Shown here piece after piece: positions 16,198 to 28,819 of a DNA stretch of 44,973 bases. The notes beneath the pieces are model-generated. The model made no database searches. It was not told the DNA's origin and saw only the letters and a list, made by a program, of their open reading frames with translations. Source of the stretch: Eledone cirrhosa (Eukaryota); NCBI GenBank assembly GCA_964016885.1, contig CAXHJY010000220.1, positions 1 to 44,973 on the forward strand, in the 5' to 3' direction. The translations under genes were made by a program, and so were the position numbers. Every line of letters begins with the position of its first letter. The first letter of the stretch is position 1.

Positions 16198-16466
16198 CAC
16201 TGCAAGGTGGTCGTGGAGGTGCCATGGCAAAAAAGCACCCAGCCCACACTGTAAAGTGGACGTGTAGGCGCCACGAAAAAGCACTCAGCACTCACTGTAA
16301 ATGAGGTTGGTGTTAGGATCTTATTAAATCCAGCTGTAGAAATCAAGCCAAATCAGTTCCTGTATGAGCAAGGCATGGTCAGCCGACCAGACACTGCCCA
16401 CAACAGGACAACCCGTCTAACCCATGCTAGCGTGGAAGAACGGACGTAAAACGATGATGATGATGA
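16198..16466 (+). mobile_element. RTE-dependent SINE-like element
   Basis: Repeated CACACTGTAAAGTGG head modules, GTTGGTGTTAGG, and tail CCCATGCTAGCGTGGAAGAACGGACGTAAAACGATGATGAT. Confidence 0.75.
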
Positions 16467-16490
16467 TACATGTACATAAATATATATATA

Positions 16491-16960
16491 TAAGTTCAGA
16501 GAGCTTATACCACTATTGGCCACAAAAGGTTTCTCTCTAAAAATGGAAGGCAGATTGTATGATGCGTGCATATGAACAGCAATGTTACATGGCATTGAGA
16601 CATGGGCATTGTGTGCAGAGGACCTGCGCAGACTGGAGAGGAACAAAGCAGGCATACTCCATTGGATGTGTAATAGTAACATACGTGAACGGCAACGCAT
16701 AAATGAACTAAGTGAGAAATTAGGAATAAGAGGGATCAGATGCTGTTTACTTGAGAGAAGACCACGTTGGTATGGTGATGTGATGCGCATGAAAGACGAC
16801 AGCTGTATAAAAAAGTGCAGGGTGATCAAAATTGATGGAAGTTACGGAGTAGGTAGACCCAGATTTTTCTGGGACGATTTGATAAATTCCGACCTTACAC
16901 ACTTACTCCTCTCTAAGACAATGTCACTGGACCGAGATCTTTGGTGCGACGCAGTAATAC
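16491..16960 (+). pseudogene. RTE LINE RT C-terminal fragment
   Basis: MLHGIETWAL...LRRLERN...WMC...RWYGDVMRM...GRPR..W, the typical RTE C-terminal motif. Confidence 0.85.
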
Positions 16961-17079
16961 AGATACCCGCCTTGCCTATGTACATAGCGAAACCTACAGT
17001 CAGTAGGCACCTCTTAACCAAACATACCCCCCCCCTCCACACGCACACACTCCCACACTCCCACCAAAACCACCCTCTC

Positions 17080-17342
17080 TCTGTAAAGTTACGTTGGTAC
17101 CACAACACGCAGTCCAAAATAAATTAGGACGTGTAGGTGTCACGACAAAAAACCACGCTGTAATGTGGCTGTGTAGGTAACACGGTAAAAACCTCGCAGT
17201 CCACACTGTAAACGTGGTTGGTGTTAGGAAGGGCATCCAGCAACCTGCCAGACTGCTATACGAGCGAGACAACCAATCTTGCCTCAAGTGGTGCAACTCC
17301 CGTCTAAACCCATGCTAGCGTGGAAGATAGACCTTAAATGAT
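17080..17342 (+). mobile_element. RTE-dependent SINE-like element, same family as 16198-16466
   Basis: GTGTAGGTGTCACGACAAAAAA, CCACACTGTAAACGTGGTTGGTGTTAGGAAGGGCATCCAG, and tail CCCATGCTAGCGTGGAAG. Confidence 0.75.
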
Positions 17343-17363
17343 ATATATATATATGTACATACA

Positions 17364-17405
<42 letters not shown>

Positions 17406-17495
17406 TACATGTACATATATATATATATACATGTACACACACACATATATATATATATATACATGTACACACACACATATATATATATATATATA

Positions 17496-17680
17496 TGGTG
17501 GCTGCCAACTCGTTTTCGAGTACGGCCACTACTTTATATCCATGTAGGAGAAGCCCTACCGATGCGCTGAACGAATGTAACTTTAGTCCAGCCAGCGACT
17601 TGAAAACTCTGGTACAAACACTACACCTGTGACAATTATTGACACACAGTGCTAGGCCCATGGTACCATGTGACGACAAG
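17496..17680 (-). mobile_element. 3' end of a LINE with a terminal CxxC...H finger (RTE-like)
   Basis: [19 protein letters not shown], then a short UTR with the CTCGAAAACGAG hairpin ending in (TA)n. Confidence 0.5.
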
Positions 17681-17942
17681 TGCAGAGAGATCTCCAGATA
17701 TATAGCAATGCCTGTGCCGTGAAGCTTTTATAGTGAGCAAAGGCACTGCACAAAGCCAGTCCCACTCTCTTAACCAAGATGATATTTACCAAAAAGAAGA
17801 ACAAGTCAACATCATTGGATACTATCAGGGTTGCAGGTGCTATATCAGAGTTTTCCTTCTCCTAGAATTCTGCCTTGACAAAGGCTAAGGGGTCATCTCT
17901 CCCAGTGATTTTGGATGGCCATTGACTCTTAAGAGCTCCTTT

Positions 17943-18388
17943 GATATATATATATATATACAAACGTGTATATATATATGTATATATATACAAATATATA
18001 TATATACAAATATATATATATATATATATGTATATACAAACATGTATATATACAAATATATATATATATATATATGTATATACAAACATGTATATATGTA
18101 TATATATATATATATTATATATATATACAAACATGTATATATGTATATATGTATATATATATATATTATATATATATACAAACATGTATATATGTATATA
18201 TATATATATGCATATATATTATATATATATACAAACATGTATATATGTATATATATATATATATATGCATATATATTATATATATATACAAACATGTATA
18301 TATGTATATATATATATATATGCATATATATATATATGTATATACAAACGTATATATATATATATATATATATGCAAACATATATATA
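17943..18388. repeat. TA-derived minisatellite with ~55-60-nt higher-order units
   Basis: ACAAACATGTATATATGTATAT...TATTATATATAT recurs periodically. Confidence 0.9.
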
Positions 18389-18740
18389 GAGAGAGATTTG
18401 GTCCGGTTGTACTGTATTTGTGTTTGCAGGTTTGTATTGTAGGGCTTGAAATTTGCCAGCATTAAACTGCATGTTGGTTTCTTATGCCCATTTGTATATG
18501 GCATCCAGATCTTGTAAAAGGACAGCATCAACCGGGTTTTTGATTGCCTGTGCTACATTAGTGTCATCAGCATAGCTAGAGAGGGATATTGTGTGTACTA
18601 CAGAGGGCATGTCTGAGAGAGCCACCAAAAACAGTAGTGGTCCCAGGACTGTGCCTTGGGGCACCCCACTTGTTATTGATGTTTCCTTTGAGAGGGCCCC
18701 GTTTGCTGCAACTGTCGGGCTTATTTCTTTTAAGAAGTCA
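18389..18740 (-). pseudogene. CR1/Jockey-group LINE RT fragment
   Basis: SGVPQGTVLGPLLF...YADDT...[22 protein letters not shown]. Confidence 0.9.
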
Positions 18741-19007
18741 TGCAGAATACCGTTTATACCTATTATATTTATGCCTAGAATACCAACAGATGTTCCTTTT
18801 CCTCCCAAATGATTGCAATTCCCAGTGAGAGTCAATTATACAATGACCATTAACAAGTCCGAAGGTCAAACACTGCAGGTTGTCGGTCTCCATCTAGAAA
18901 AGGGCTGTTTCTCACATAGTCAATTGAATGTAGGTTATTCCAAACTAGAAAGATCCCACAAACTCTTCATATATGTTAAACATATTGTATACACTAAAGT
19001 TCTGTAA
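18741..19007 (+). pseudogene. Helitron PIF1-type helicase C-terminal fragment
   Basis: PRIP..DVPF..LQFPVR..MTINKSEGQTL..VGL.L..CFSHSQL.VG.SK matches helicase motifs V and VI; contains an in-frame stop. Confidence 0.88.
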
Positions 19008-19204
19008 ATGCTTTATAACTTTAGTAAAATACATTTGTCTGTTATTATCTTACTTAGGTATTCTAAATAAATTAAAAAAATTATGTTATGGGATATTTAA
19101 ATACCTTTTAACATCTTTTATTTCAAGGGAAATTAACATTGAGATAGATGCCAATAGGTACCTTATAACTAGATTTGAGCACAGTATAGACTGGAGTGAA
19201 GTAT

Positions 19205-19335
<131 letters not shown>

Positions 19336-19654
19336 AGTAGTGTGTGTGTATTTCAGCAGCATATTTTCTTTCTAAGAGCTCTGCCCATCAAACTTGTCAA
19401 CAAGGAATGTATTCATGTTAAATTAACCAAAGCATGTATATACACACACACAGACATTCAGCTAAATGCTAACTCATACATATAGACAGAGATACACACA
19501 CAGTAATATATATACACACATCCACTTAAAGTTCTTCTGTCTTGTCTGCACACTTCCTCCACCTCCCTCCTCTTACCTTTTGTTCTTCCTTTACCTTTTT
19601 AGTTTCTACCTTGCTTTGAAGAAATACAGCTGCTGCTTACCTTTTCATGTACTG

Positions 19655-20340
19655 ATATGGTGGTGGTGTCGATGTCGATGGTAATGGTGTTATGTGTATG
19701 GGTTAGTGATGGGGATGTGTATGTGATGCTGTTGGTTTGTAGTGGTAGTAGCTTTGAATGTGGTGTTGCTGATATGATGGTTAGGTTGTGGTTTTGTTTG
19801 TGGTGAGCTGTCCAGTGGTGGTATGTTGTTAGGCATCCAGTGCTAGTAGTGATATGTGGTTGTGATCAAAGCAGAGGCAGTAGTGATGATGATGATGATG
19901 TTAATAGTTGTGGTGTGCAGACCAAGGCAATGGTGGTGGTGTTGGTATGTGATGGTAGTGTTGACATATGATGATTTTGACGGGGATTGTAGCAGGGTAT
20001 GTGGTGGTGGTGGTGGTGATGGTGATGTGAGTAGTGATATATGATGCGTGTGGTGGTAGTAGTATGTAATGGTTGTGATGATGGTAGTGGTGTGTGATGG
20101 CTGTGATGTTTGTATGATGGTGTTGTGGTGGTGGTGGTAGTAGTATATGATAGTGGTTGTGGTGGTAGTAGTGGTATGTAATGGTGGTGGCAGAGGTATG
20201 TGATGATAGTGATGTTTGTATGATGGTGTAATGGTGGTGGTGGTAGTAGTATATGATAGTGGTTGTGGTGGTAGTAGTGGTATGTAATGGTGGTGGCAGA
20301 GGTATGTGATGATAGTGATGTTTCTATGATTTGTGATGTT
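19655..20340. repeat. (GGT/GAT)-rich low-complexity tract containing a ~105-nt tandem duplication
   Basis: GGTGGTGGTAGTAGTATATGATAGTGGTTGTGG...GGCAGAGGTATGTGATGATAGTGATGTTT occurs twice within ~20130-20325. Confidence 0.85.
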
Positions 20341-20426
20341 ATCTTTTACAGTTTTCTAAAAACAAATTCTTCAGAAATATCATCCTAGAAATATTTCCAT
20401 TCAATTTTTAAAACTTCACTCACTAT

Positions 20427-20540
20427 TCCCCCCCACCTGTCTCCTCCCCTCTTATCCCCCCACCTGTCTCCTCCCCTCTTATCCCCCCACCTGTCTCCTC
20501 CCCTCTTATCCCCCCATCTGTCTCCTCCCCTCTTATCCCA
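20427..20540. repeat. ~27-nt C-rich minisatellite, 4 copies
   Basis: CCCCCCACCTGTCTCCTCCCCTCTTAT units. Confidence 0.95.
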
Positions 20541-21020
20541 CCATCCACTCTCACTCATTCCCCACCCACTCTCTGAGCTATCTATTCAGTTGTTTTTCTT
20601 TTTCCTTTTCTCCTCTTCATTTCTTTTTAATCTCAATAATATAACAAAAAAATTAATTTTTTTCTTCCTTTAAATTACAATTTTGCTTATATTTTATTTG
20701 TTCTAATTTTATTTCATTTTATTTTATTTTTGTTATATATTTATTAATAGATTTTTTTTCTTTTCAATATTTGTCGACAAATTTAATTTGGAATATGAAT
20801 TTTTTTTGTGTGTGTGGCAAACAGTAGCAATAATTGTAGTTAATGTAGTGACAACAGTTAACATTTTCATAGTTTATGTATAACACAAGATTGTGTGTAG
20901 TGGTTAAAACTGGAGAATTCTTGTTATATTTACACAGTGAACTGGTTGTATTTATTTAAACAGTTAAAAAAAAAGAATTATTTAAATAAAGTAGTATACT
21001 GAAAGAATACACTTGCGAAT

Positions 21021-21395
21021 TACAAATGGCCGAAATGGGATTCCTCCAAAGGGTCTTTGGAGTAAGGTTACTTGATAAAGTGTAACTTGATCAGCGATTC
21101 ACTCCAGGTAGAGCCGCTACTTCTCTGAATTGAGAGATCATATCTCTGATACTATGGGCATGTGGTTAGAATGTCTCAGGAAAGAATCTCTGGACAAAGC
21201 TAACTAGCAAGTGACGCAGGGATAGACTCCCCGAACAACATGGGTGGATAACATCCATGAGCTTGGCTGGTCACGCTTGGGGATCCAGCTGCATCAGTTG
21301 GAGGGAGATGGTTGCTTCTGATAGGACCCACTGGAAAGAGTGTTTGAGGATTCTACCCCCACGATCCTCTCAGGAATAAGTGGGTTAGGAAGAAG
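21021..21395 (+). mobile_element. RTE LINE 3' end (second family)
   Basis: MAEMGFLQRVFGV.LLDKV...LQVEPLLL.IERS.L.YYGHVVRMSQER...W.DNIHELGWSRLGIQ; homologous to 39040-39357. Confidence 0.85.
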
Positions 21396-21428
21396 TAGTA
21401 TAGTTAATATGAATCATTGTGAGGTATG

Positions 21429-21839
21429 TAATACATGACTGATAAGTTTCAAAAGGATGACAAATAAAACAAAGAAATGTTTTACCCAAGTATATTTCAA
21501 CATATTTCAAGCCTAATACCCTCTTTTCGAATGTGAACCAAAACGATTGATCAGTCTGTTCTTCCCTAACTGCTCTACGTGATAAATAATAGATTAGAAA
21601 TGCATGAAGCAGATTGGCTGCTATAACGACTCCACACATGCATATTTCAGACACGCAGACCTGATATGGAAGATCAAGTCGACTGTTTGTTTTTGTTTTG
21701 AGCCGTTTCTGTTTCACATTTGAAAATAGTTTTATCCCTGAAATATTGTTGAAATATACTGGGTAAGACATTACATTGTTTTGTTTTATTATTTCTACCA
21801 CATTGTACCAGCATTTTGAAACTTATCACTCGTTTATTA
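21429..21839. mobile_element. MITE with ~80-100-nt imperfect terminal inverted repeats
   Basis: Left end TAATACATGACTGATAAGTTTCAAAA..TTACCCAAGTATATTTCAACATATTTCA matches the reverse complement of the right end; TA at both ends. Confidence 0.8.
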
Positions 21840-22140
21840 TTTATCTCATAACGATTCAGATTAACTATATTACTTTAATCTTGGTTTCATGTTGTTGTTT
21901 AAACACTGAAAAATTCCTTGTTTTTTTTCTTTTCTTAAAGCTGTAAACAATTTACTTTATGCAGTAAACAGATGTTTGTTCAATGTAGTGAACAAATGCG
22001 TATTTAAAGCCATGAACAAATGTTTATTTAATGCAGTAAACAGATGTTTATTTAAAGCAATGACATTTTCATTTAAATCAATGAATAATTTATTGAAAGT
22101 GGTGAACAATTTTATATTAAGTATTCAACCAAGTTTTGGT

Positions 22141-22232
22141 GTCTGGTTCAGGGGAGCTGCAGCTGACAAGAGACTAGCGTCTGGTCCAGGGAAGCTGCAG
22201 CTGACAAGAGACTAGCGTCTGGTCCAGGGAAA
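22141..22232. repeat. ~38-nt tandem repeat, ~2.4 copies
   Basis: GTCTGGTCCAGGGAAGCTGCAGCTGACAAGAGACTAGC. Confidence 0.9.
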
Positions 22233-23231
22233 GGGAGTCTTTTCATGATAGGACTGGAGACTATAATTAAAATACTCCAGAAACCTCTTATGTGATTCAG
22301 CCAGATAGATCAGCTAAACCTACATAGGTGTGAGCTGTAACAACATATAAGCATATATAGGTATTTGCATGTGTTTGTGTGTATGTATGTGTGTATGGGG
22401 AATGTCTCAGATTTCTGTCTGACATACTCCCCCATATTCATTATGTTTGGTTATGTGTGCTTTACTATTCATTTTCTATATAATGCCTTATGGTGTATGC
22501 ATGTGTGTGCGTATGCGTGGATAGATGTATGAGTAAGAGCGGGGTGAGTGGGAAGGGACGTTGTTAGGTGAAGTAAGCAAGTGGTGACTTTTTTTGTAAA
22601 TAAGCTGTCTTAGCTACTGGTGACACTGGTGGTGGTGGTGGTGGTTGGGACAGCAGCAGGTTGTCTCAGGTGTTAAGTGTGTGTGTAGACGTAGAGGTGT
22701 GTGTGTATATATATATATACACACACCTGTAAGGGGTGTAAATAACAGGTTGTAGGATGTGTGTATTATACACCTGTAAAAGGTGCAAATAGGTTGTGTT
22801 GGTGTGTGGGGTGTGTATATTTACACCTGAAGGGGTAAATAATAGGTTTTGTGGGGTATGTATATTATACACCTTGTAGTTGTGTGGGGGTGTATACAAC
22901 TGTGAGGATGTAAATAATTGGTGGTGTGCAAGGCGAGGTGGGTGAACAGACATAGGTGTGTGGGGGTGTAAACAGTAGTTATTTATAATAGAGGGTGGGG
23001 GTTGTGGTGCTCTGTGAAGATGATATAAGATTTACATTCCTATATACACAGGTGTTGGGTGGGGGTGCAGTGTCATGTTCGAAGCCTGGTGGGGTGAGGT
23101 GGTGGAGCACAGTGAAGTTGACATATTTACATTCCTATATACACAGGGGCAGCGGTGTTGGAGGTTTGTTGGGTTGGTGTTATGCAGTATGTCGTGACTG
23201 CTGGCAGGCATGGTGGGAAGGTGAGTGGGTG

Positions 23232-23375
23232 ACTGAGTGTTTGAGTTTGATCCTCCTACCTTGACTTTAAGGCACCTGTACTGAGTGTTTGAGTTTGATC
23301 CACCTACCTTGACTTTAAGGCACCTGTACTGAGTGTTTGAGTTTGATCCACCTACCTTGACTTTGAGGCACTTGT
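23232..23375. repeat. ~48-nt tandem repeat, 3 copies
   Basis: ACTGAGTGTTTGAGTTTGATCCACCTACCTTGACTTTAAGGCACCTGT. Confidence 0.95.
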
Positions 23376-23472
23376 CTGGCACCTGTCTGGCACACGTCTT
23401 TGGCCCAACACGATGACACGTGTGTGTGTGTGTGAGGTATGTAAATATATATATTTGCCTGTTGAGATAGTA

Positions 23473-23757
23473 CAGTGTAACCCCAGTTCATGAACGCCTC
23501 TCATCACGAACAAATCGGTTCACAAACAATTTTTCCCTACATAAAACATCCCGAGTAACGAATACACGAGCCAGCAACAACGGGTGGTAACAAGTTCGGA
23601 GTATCGGCGGGAAACTGCCACTTGTCTTTCACATGGAGTCTCTCACTGTATTTCTCACTTGACATTTCGTATGGAAAAAAAGGTTTTGGTTTACAAACAT
23701 TTCGGGTGACTATTGACCTTCAGGAATGAATTAAGTTTGTGAACCGAGATTCCACTC
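23473..23757. mobile_element. pogo/Tigger-like MITE (~285 nt)
   Basis: TA|CAGTGTAACCCCAGTTCATGAAC ... GTTTGTGAACCGAGATTCCACTC|TA: imperfect TIRs with a TA duplication. Confidence 0.8.
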
Positions 23758-24019
23758 TACTTAGCTGTGTGTGATTGCTACCTTTAAAAACCCGTAAATT
23801 TTGGCTTCATTTTCATCTTCATACAAATCACGTATTTATGTATATATGTGTATGTAGTTAGGTGTATATATATATATATGTGTGTAGTTATGTGTTTGTA
23901 TAATTTTATTAGGTTAATATTGAACAAGGTATAATTGTTAGATAAAAATAGTATATTATTACAAACATACAACACATTAGGCTACAAATTATCTATTCCA
24001 AATTACTTTTATGAACTTT

Positions 24020-24937
24020 AGCAGCAATTCTACAAGGCATTGATTTCACCAAGGAGGCACAATATTCAGGAATAATGTGTTGTGTCCATACAGTAAGAAT
24101 TTTTTGTTGTAAATCAGTAATTGAGCTGGGATTTAGTTGTCTTTCATCATTATCCAACAGTTTTCAATTGGGTTTAAGTCAGGATTTGAACCTGGTCATG
24201 GTGCCAGCACTTCAATACCAGATTCTTAAAATAACTGGTTAATGGTTTTTGCCCTGTGGCAAGGAGCACCATCTTCTTGATATATTTTGCAACCATGCCT
24301 CATAATGGGACCTTTTTTCATATGATTTCTAAATATATGTTTGCATTTACAGTCTTTGCTGTTTGAATTATGGTCAGTGCAGCTCGTCCATTATGAACGA
24401 TTGTGAATGTTTAACTGTTGGTTTGACATTATATCGTTGTCCAGGTGATCTTCTTAAATGGGGATTATAAGGGGAAAATTGTCTAATTAATGTTTCATCA
24501 CTAAACATTACCTTACTCTATTGAGCAACAGTCCAATGATAAGTGTTGCAGAACAACAGATGGTCCTTGATGATTTTATTTGAAAGTTAGGCTTGGCAGC
24601 TGGCTTAAAAGCCTGAAGGCTAAAGTCCTTAACACAGCGTTGCCGGATTGTAGAAGATGATATGTTTGTGTCCTGAGGAAGTTGGGCTTGGATATGTGAG
24701 TTGAAAGCAGTTGGATTTAACACTGCAAGTCGGTGCATCATATAATCTGTTGGAACATCTATCTTGTGTGGTCTTCCATGTCGTTGGGTTAAGAGTGTCC
24801 GTTGTTGCATTACAGGCAAGTGTTTTTTTAACACCAGCCTTAGATACACCCAATTGTACAGATATTTGGTGTTGGGAATAGCCCTCCTCATTAAGAAGGA
24901 TAATATTTGCACGTTTTTCATTTGAAATGACAGCCAT
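24020..24937 (-). pseudogene. decayed Tc1-family transposase
   Basis: HTH region MAVISNEKRANIILL..GYSQHQIS; GRP; MFSDET; QEDGAPCHRA; PDLNPIENCW; LVKSMPCRI. Several stops and frameshifts. Confidence 0.9.
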
Positions 24938-25109
24938 GTTAGTACTAAAAAAATGTATTAAAATGCTTAATTGATGTGCTATATATATGAAATACAACAA
25001 ATATGATTGGTCAACATATGTACAATAATTGAAAAAAAAAATGTGATGATATTGGCACGCTTGTATGTTTGTATACTAAGGTTACTAATATGACAGCTAA
25101 AATACAGAT

Positions 25110-25137
25110 GGTCTCTAAATTATGCACAACACTGTAT
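25110..25137 (-). repeat. putative 5' TIR of the Tc1 element
   Basis: Minus strand reads TA|CAGTGTTGTGCATAATTTAGAGACC, a Tc1-type CAGTG end. The partner TIR is not clearly seen. Confidence 0.6.
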
Positions 25138-25701
25138 AGTTAGGTATATATATATATATATGTGTGTATGTGGTTAGGTGTATATATGTATGTGGTTAGG
25201 TGTATATATATGTATAGTTAGGTTTATATGTGTGTAGTTAGGTGTATATATGTGTGTATGTGTGTGTGTGTATTATGTCAGGGTGTGTAGGGGGAGGGAA
25301 CCTGTTTCTAAAGCTCTGTGTCAACTGTGACTACAAAGATCAATGGTCTATGAAGGGGGTGGGATAATGAGAAAAACAAAATGAAAAATGTTTTAATATT
25401 TTTTTTCTGTATGGTGTGTGTATGCTAAGTATCTGAGGTGTGTTTATGTATGTATGTGTAGTTGTGTTTATGTATGTAAATCTGTGTGTGTTTTCACTGT
25501 TCTGTAGACATAGTAACCATCACTCTCATGTCAAAACTATTTTTCTACTTCTTTCTTTGTCTTTCTTTACCAAAGTCTAAAGTCTAAATTTTACTGCCTT
25601 TAGAAATTTCAAACTTCAAAATACCAACCTTTGACCTCTTGTTTTGTGGTGGGAGTGTTGCCAAGCCCACAAATGAAATAATAGAATTAATTTTATGATG
25701 C

Positions 25702-25702
<1 letters not shown>

Positions 25703-25779
<77 letters not shown>

Positions 25780-25826
25780 TATATATATATACACACACAT
25801 ATATATATATAGATATATATATATAT
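25703..25826. repeat. (CA)n/(TA)n microsatellite
   Basis: Read directly from the sequence. Confidence 0.95.
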
Positions 25827-27009
25827 TTAGGTTTGTTGGTTCACCACTGGATAGAACTAGTCATTCCGTGTGGTCAACCTTGATGTAATATTAGGGAGAG
25901 CACTCGACGTAATGCAACTCACCCGTCTTCGTTTGTGTTGTTGGTGGTGCGAGTACAGAGTTAATTATTATAAAATAACAGGAGGCTTGACTGGTGTAAT
26001 TCCTTAAAAGGTTTATTATACTATGATCATACATCATCAGGTATTCGAAATTTAACAAAGGAATATAATAGACAAAATCCATGGGGCTGAAAAGCAGAGA
26101 CAAGAGGGCGGCCGAACATTTAGCAGCTTCTAGCCCGGTCAGCCACCCTCAAGTGATGATTATTAAGTCTTCTTATGTCCTTCTGGTAAAGGGGCGTAGG
26201 CCTATAGTGTACTACTACCACCCTGTCATAGACAGAGACCAGCAGTGAGATCAGGTTACATTCAAGCTGGTCAGAAGTGCTAGAAAGTGCCACGAAATAT
26301 ATTTTTTCAAAAAATATATATCTTTAACAAAACTATATCTAGTGGGCATCTGCACAGAATATTGTAGGGTCATAAATTACGATTAACAATTAGAAATGTA
26401 AAATTTATGTTTAGGATTAAAAGAATATATATATAAATGAAAAAATGGCGTGCTGTGTTGTTGCGAATATGAACATATGAATAAAAATAGACCGAGAGAC
26501 AGCAAAAAGTCTGTCATCAGTAGTCTGCTGATTCTCATTGATATTTCTTCGCATTAAAGACTAGATACCTAAAATGAGTGCGAGCGATAACTCAATTAAG
26601 TTATCGGAAAGTGAACAAACAAGATTGTAGTAATGCAACGTAAAGAGAGGAAAAGTGAGAAAAGTCAAAGAATTTTGTGGTCTTAAGTCCGACAAATCAA
26701 ATGACAAGAAGAAAATAGACACGTCCGAGCCACGAAAAAAGTGAGAGAGGAAAGAAATAACGCAGGTCAGACGGGAGGAAGTGAGAGAGGAGGAGTAGCA
26801 GAGAGTGAGTTGGTGAAAGTGTGAGGAAGGGGCCAGCTAAGAGTGTGGGACCAGCAGCAGGGATGGAGGAAAGCAAGAGGTAAGGGGGAGAGAGAAAGAG
26901 GAAAGCAGTAAGGTAACAGAAAAAAATACGAACCACAGCGAAGGGAAAAGCGGACGTAAAATGATGATGATATACATATATATGCAAATATATACATAGA
27001 TATCCAGTC

Positions 27010-27090
27010 CTAAATAAATGAGGTTGTGTAGGTGTCACGACAAAAAACACACAGTCCACACTGTAAACGTGGTTGGTGTTAGGAAGGGCA
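27010..27090 (+). mobile_element. fragment of the RTE-dependent SINE head
   Basis: Near-identical to parts of 17110-17235 (GTGTAGGTGTCACGACAAAAAA..CAGTCCACACTGTAAACGTGGTTGGTGTTAGGAAGGGCA). Confidence 0.75.
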
Positions 27091-28151
27091 TATATATTAT
27101 TATATTTATATATATATATATTATTATATTTATATATATATGCATACACACACACACACATATATAAGAAGGGGGGCTTTGAGTACTCAATCTCATAATA
27201 TAGATAAAATATTTTCTTGATTGTGGAATCTGTGTCCTGTTGCTCTACTCTGGAACCTGTGTATTCCACAAGGTCATCAGTGGAAACAGATTTGGTCTTA
27301 ATACTCTCTGTCTCTCCTTACCATCCAGTCAGTTGTGCTCCATCCCCCAGTTTGTACCTACCCTCTATCAGTAATGCAGTCAATCTACAGCTAACACCTC
27401 TGTTATTTAATGAAGTTTTAAAACGAAACATTAAATAAATTAATCAGTCAAGATTTATTTAGCACCACCACTCTCCTCCTCCTCCTCATCATCATCATCA
27501 TTTCCTTAGCAAGCAGCTTGTTGCAACTACTACTGCTATTAAAGTTAATGAAGACTGAAGGTGGTGGTGGTGGTGGTGTGGTAGTGGTATGGTTTTCATT
27601 AAGGGTGGTGGTCATGTTTACATCGGTTGAAGTGTGATAGTAATGGTTGTGTTGGTGGTAGTGTTGATGAATGACAAGTTGTAATGGTGAGCTTGAAAAA
27701 TAAATGAACATTGGGGAAGAAAAAAACTTGAGAAAAAAAGAACAAATATGTGTAGGTGTGTGTGTGGGGTGGGGGGTGGGGGGGGTCCTAAAACAGGATA
27801 GAGAAGGGAAATAAATATGGAAGAGAGAGAAAAAGAAATGGTAGGGAGTGATGTGGCGAGAAAGAAAATGAATTTCAACAGAAATCTTAGAAAACTTTAT
27901 AGAGAGAAAGAAAGGTATATAATGTGAGTGTCAAATAGTGAGAGAGAGTAGGAGGAGATGCAGATAAGGAGTAGGAGAGATATAGGAGGATAGGGAAAGA
28001 GAATGATAAAGTCTGTTATATTATCCACCAAACATTTTTTTAAAATTTAATTTCACACAGGAATGAATTCTGTTGAGAAGTGTGTGTGTGGGGGGGGGGG
28101 GGGGGGAGATAGCAGTAATATACCCATGATATTTCCACCACTAATATCAAT

Positions 28152-28346
28152 AATAATTGTTTCTACATTTGGCACAAGGCCAGCAAATACCCAGTACATT
28201 ACTGGTACTTTATTTTATCGAGCCCTGTAAGGATGAAAGGCAAAGTTAACCTCGGTGGGATTTGAACTCAGTCCGTAAAGGGACGTAACTCTATGCTGCA
28301 AAGCATGGCGTCCGACTCTCTACCGATTCTGCCAATCCACAGCCCC
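28152..28346 (-). mobile_element. tRNA-derived SINE (resembles octopus OR-type SINEs)
   Basis: Minus strand: box A-like TGGCAGAATCGG, box B GAGTTCAAATCC, body TTTGCCTTTCATCC..AAGTACCAGT, and an (ATT)n tail. Confidence 0.85.
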
Positions 28347-28356
28347 TAATATCAAT

Positions 28357-28572
28357 AATAATCTTCTACATTTGGCATAAAGCCTGCAATTTGAAGGGGA
28401 GGGGAAGTTGGTTAAATCGGCCCCAGTGCATTAATGGTACTTTATTTTATCAAGGACAAAAGCCAAAAATTAACCTCAGTGGGATTTGGACTCAGAATAT
28501 AAAGGGCTGTAATTATGTCACAAAGCATGTTGATGATTGATCTACTGATTCTACTGCCAATCCACCATCCTC
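28357..28572 (-). mobile_element. second, tandem tRNA-derived SINE copy
   Basis: Homologous to 28152-28346; box B-like GAGTCCAAATCC. Confidence 0.8.
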
Positions 28573-28819
28573 CTTCTGCTACTACTACTATTATTATTAT
28601 TATTATTATTATTAATAATAATAATAATTTATTTGATTTGCAACAGGAAAGAGGGGCAGAAGGGTAGGGAAAAAGTATGCATCATCACCATTTTATGTCC
28701 ACTTATGCTGGCATTGGTTTGATCGGTTGTCAAAATTTGAGACTAGTTGTTTGAGAGAGAACTTGAGATCTTGGCCCATACTGTATTCCATCATAATATA
28801 CAAATTAGGCCTGATAACA

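Noticed and set aside
17284-17679. C2H2 zinc-finger host gene
   Set aside because: A single incomplete finger next to a LINE-like 3' end; the rest of the ORF is microsatellite.
18813-19007. Host PIF1 gene exon
   Set aside because: The motif context (PRIP..QFPVR, CFSH.QL) is Helitron-type, key residues are degraded, and there is an in-frame stop just upstream.
25998-26050. Possible HHR on the - strand (AATAC CTGATGA TG...)
   Set aside because: No GAAA at the expected position and no convincing stem I; at best a heavily decayed relic.
28230-28346. tRNA gene (A and B boxes)
   Set aside because: No cloverleaf; it continues into a SINE body repeated several times in the window.
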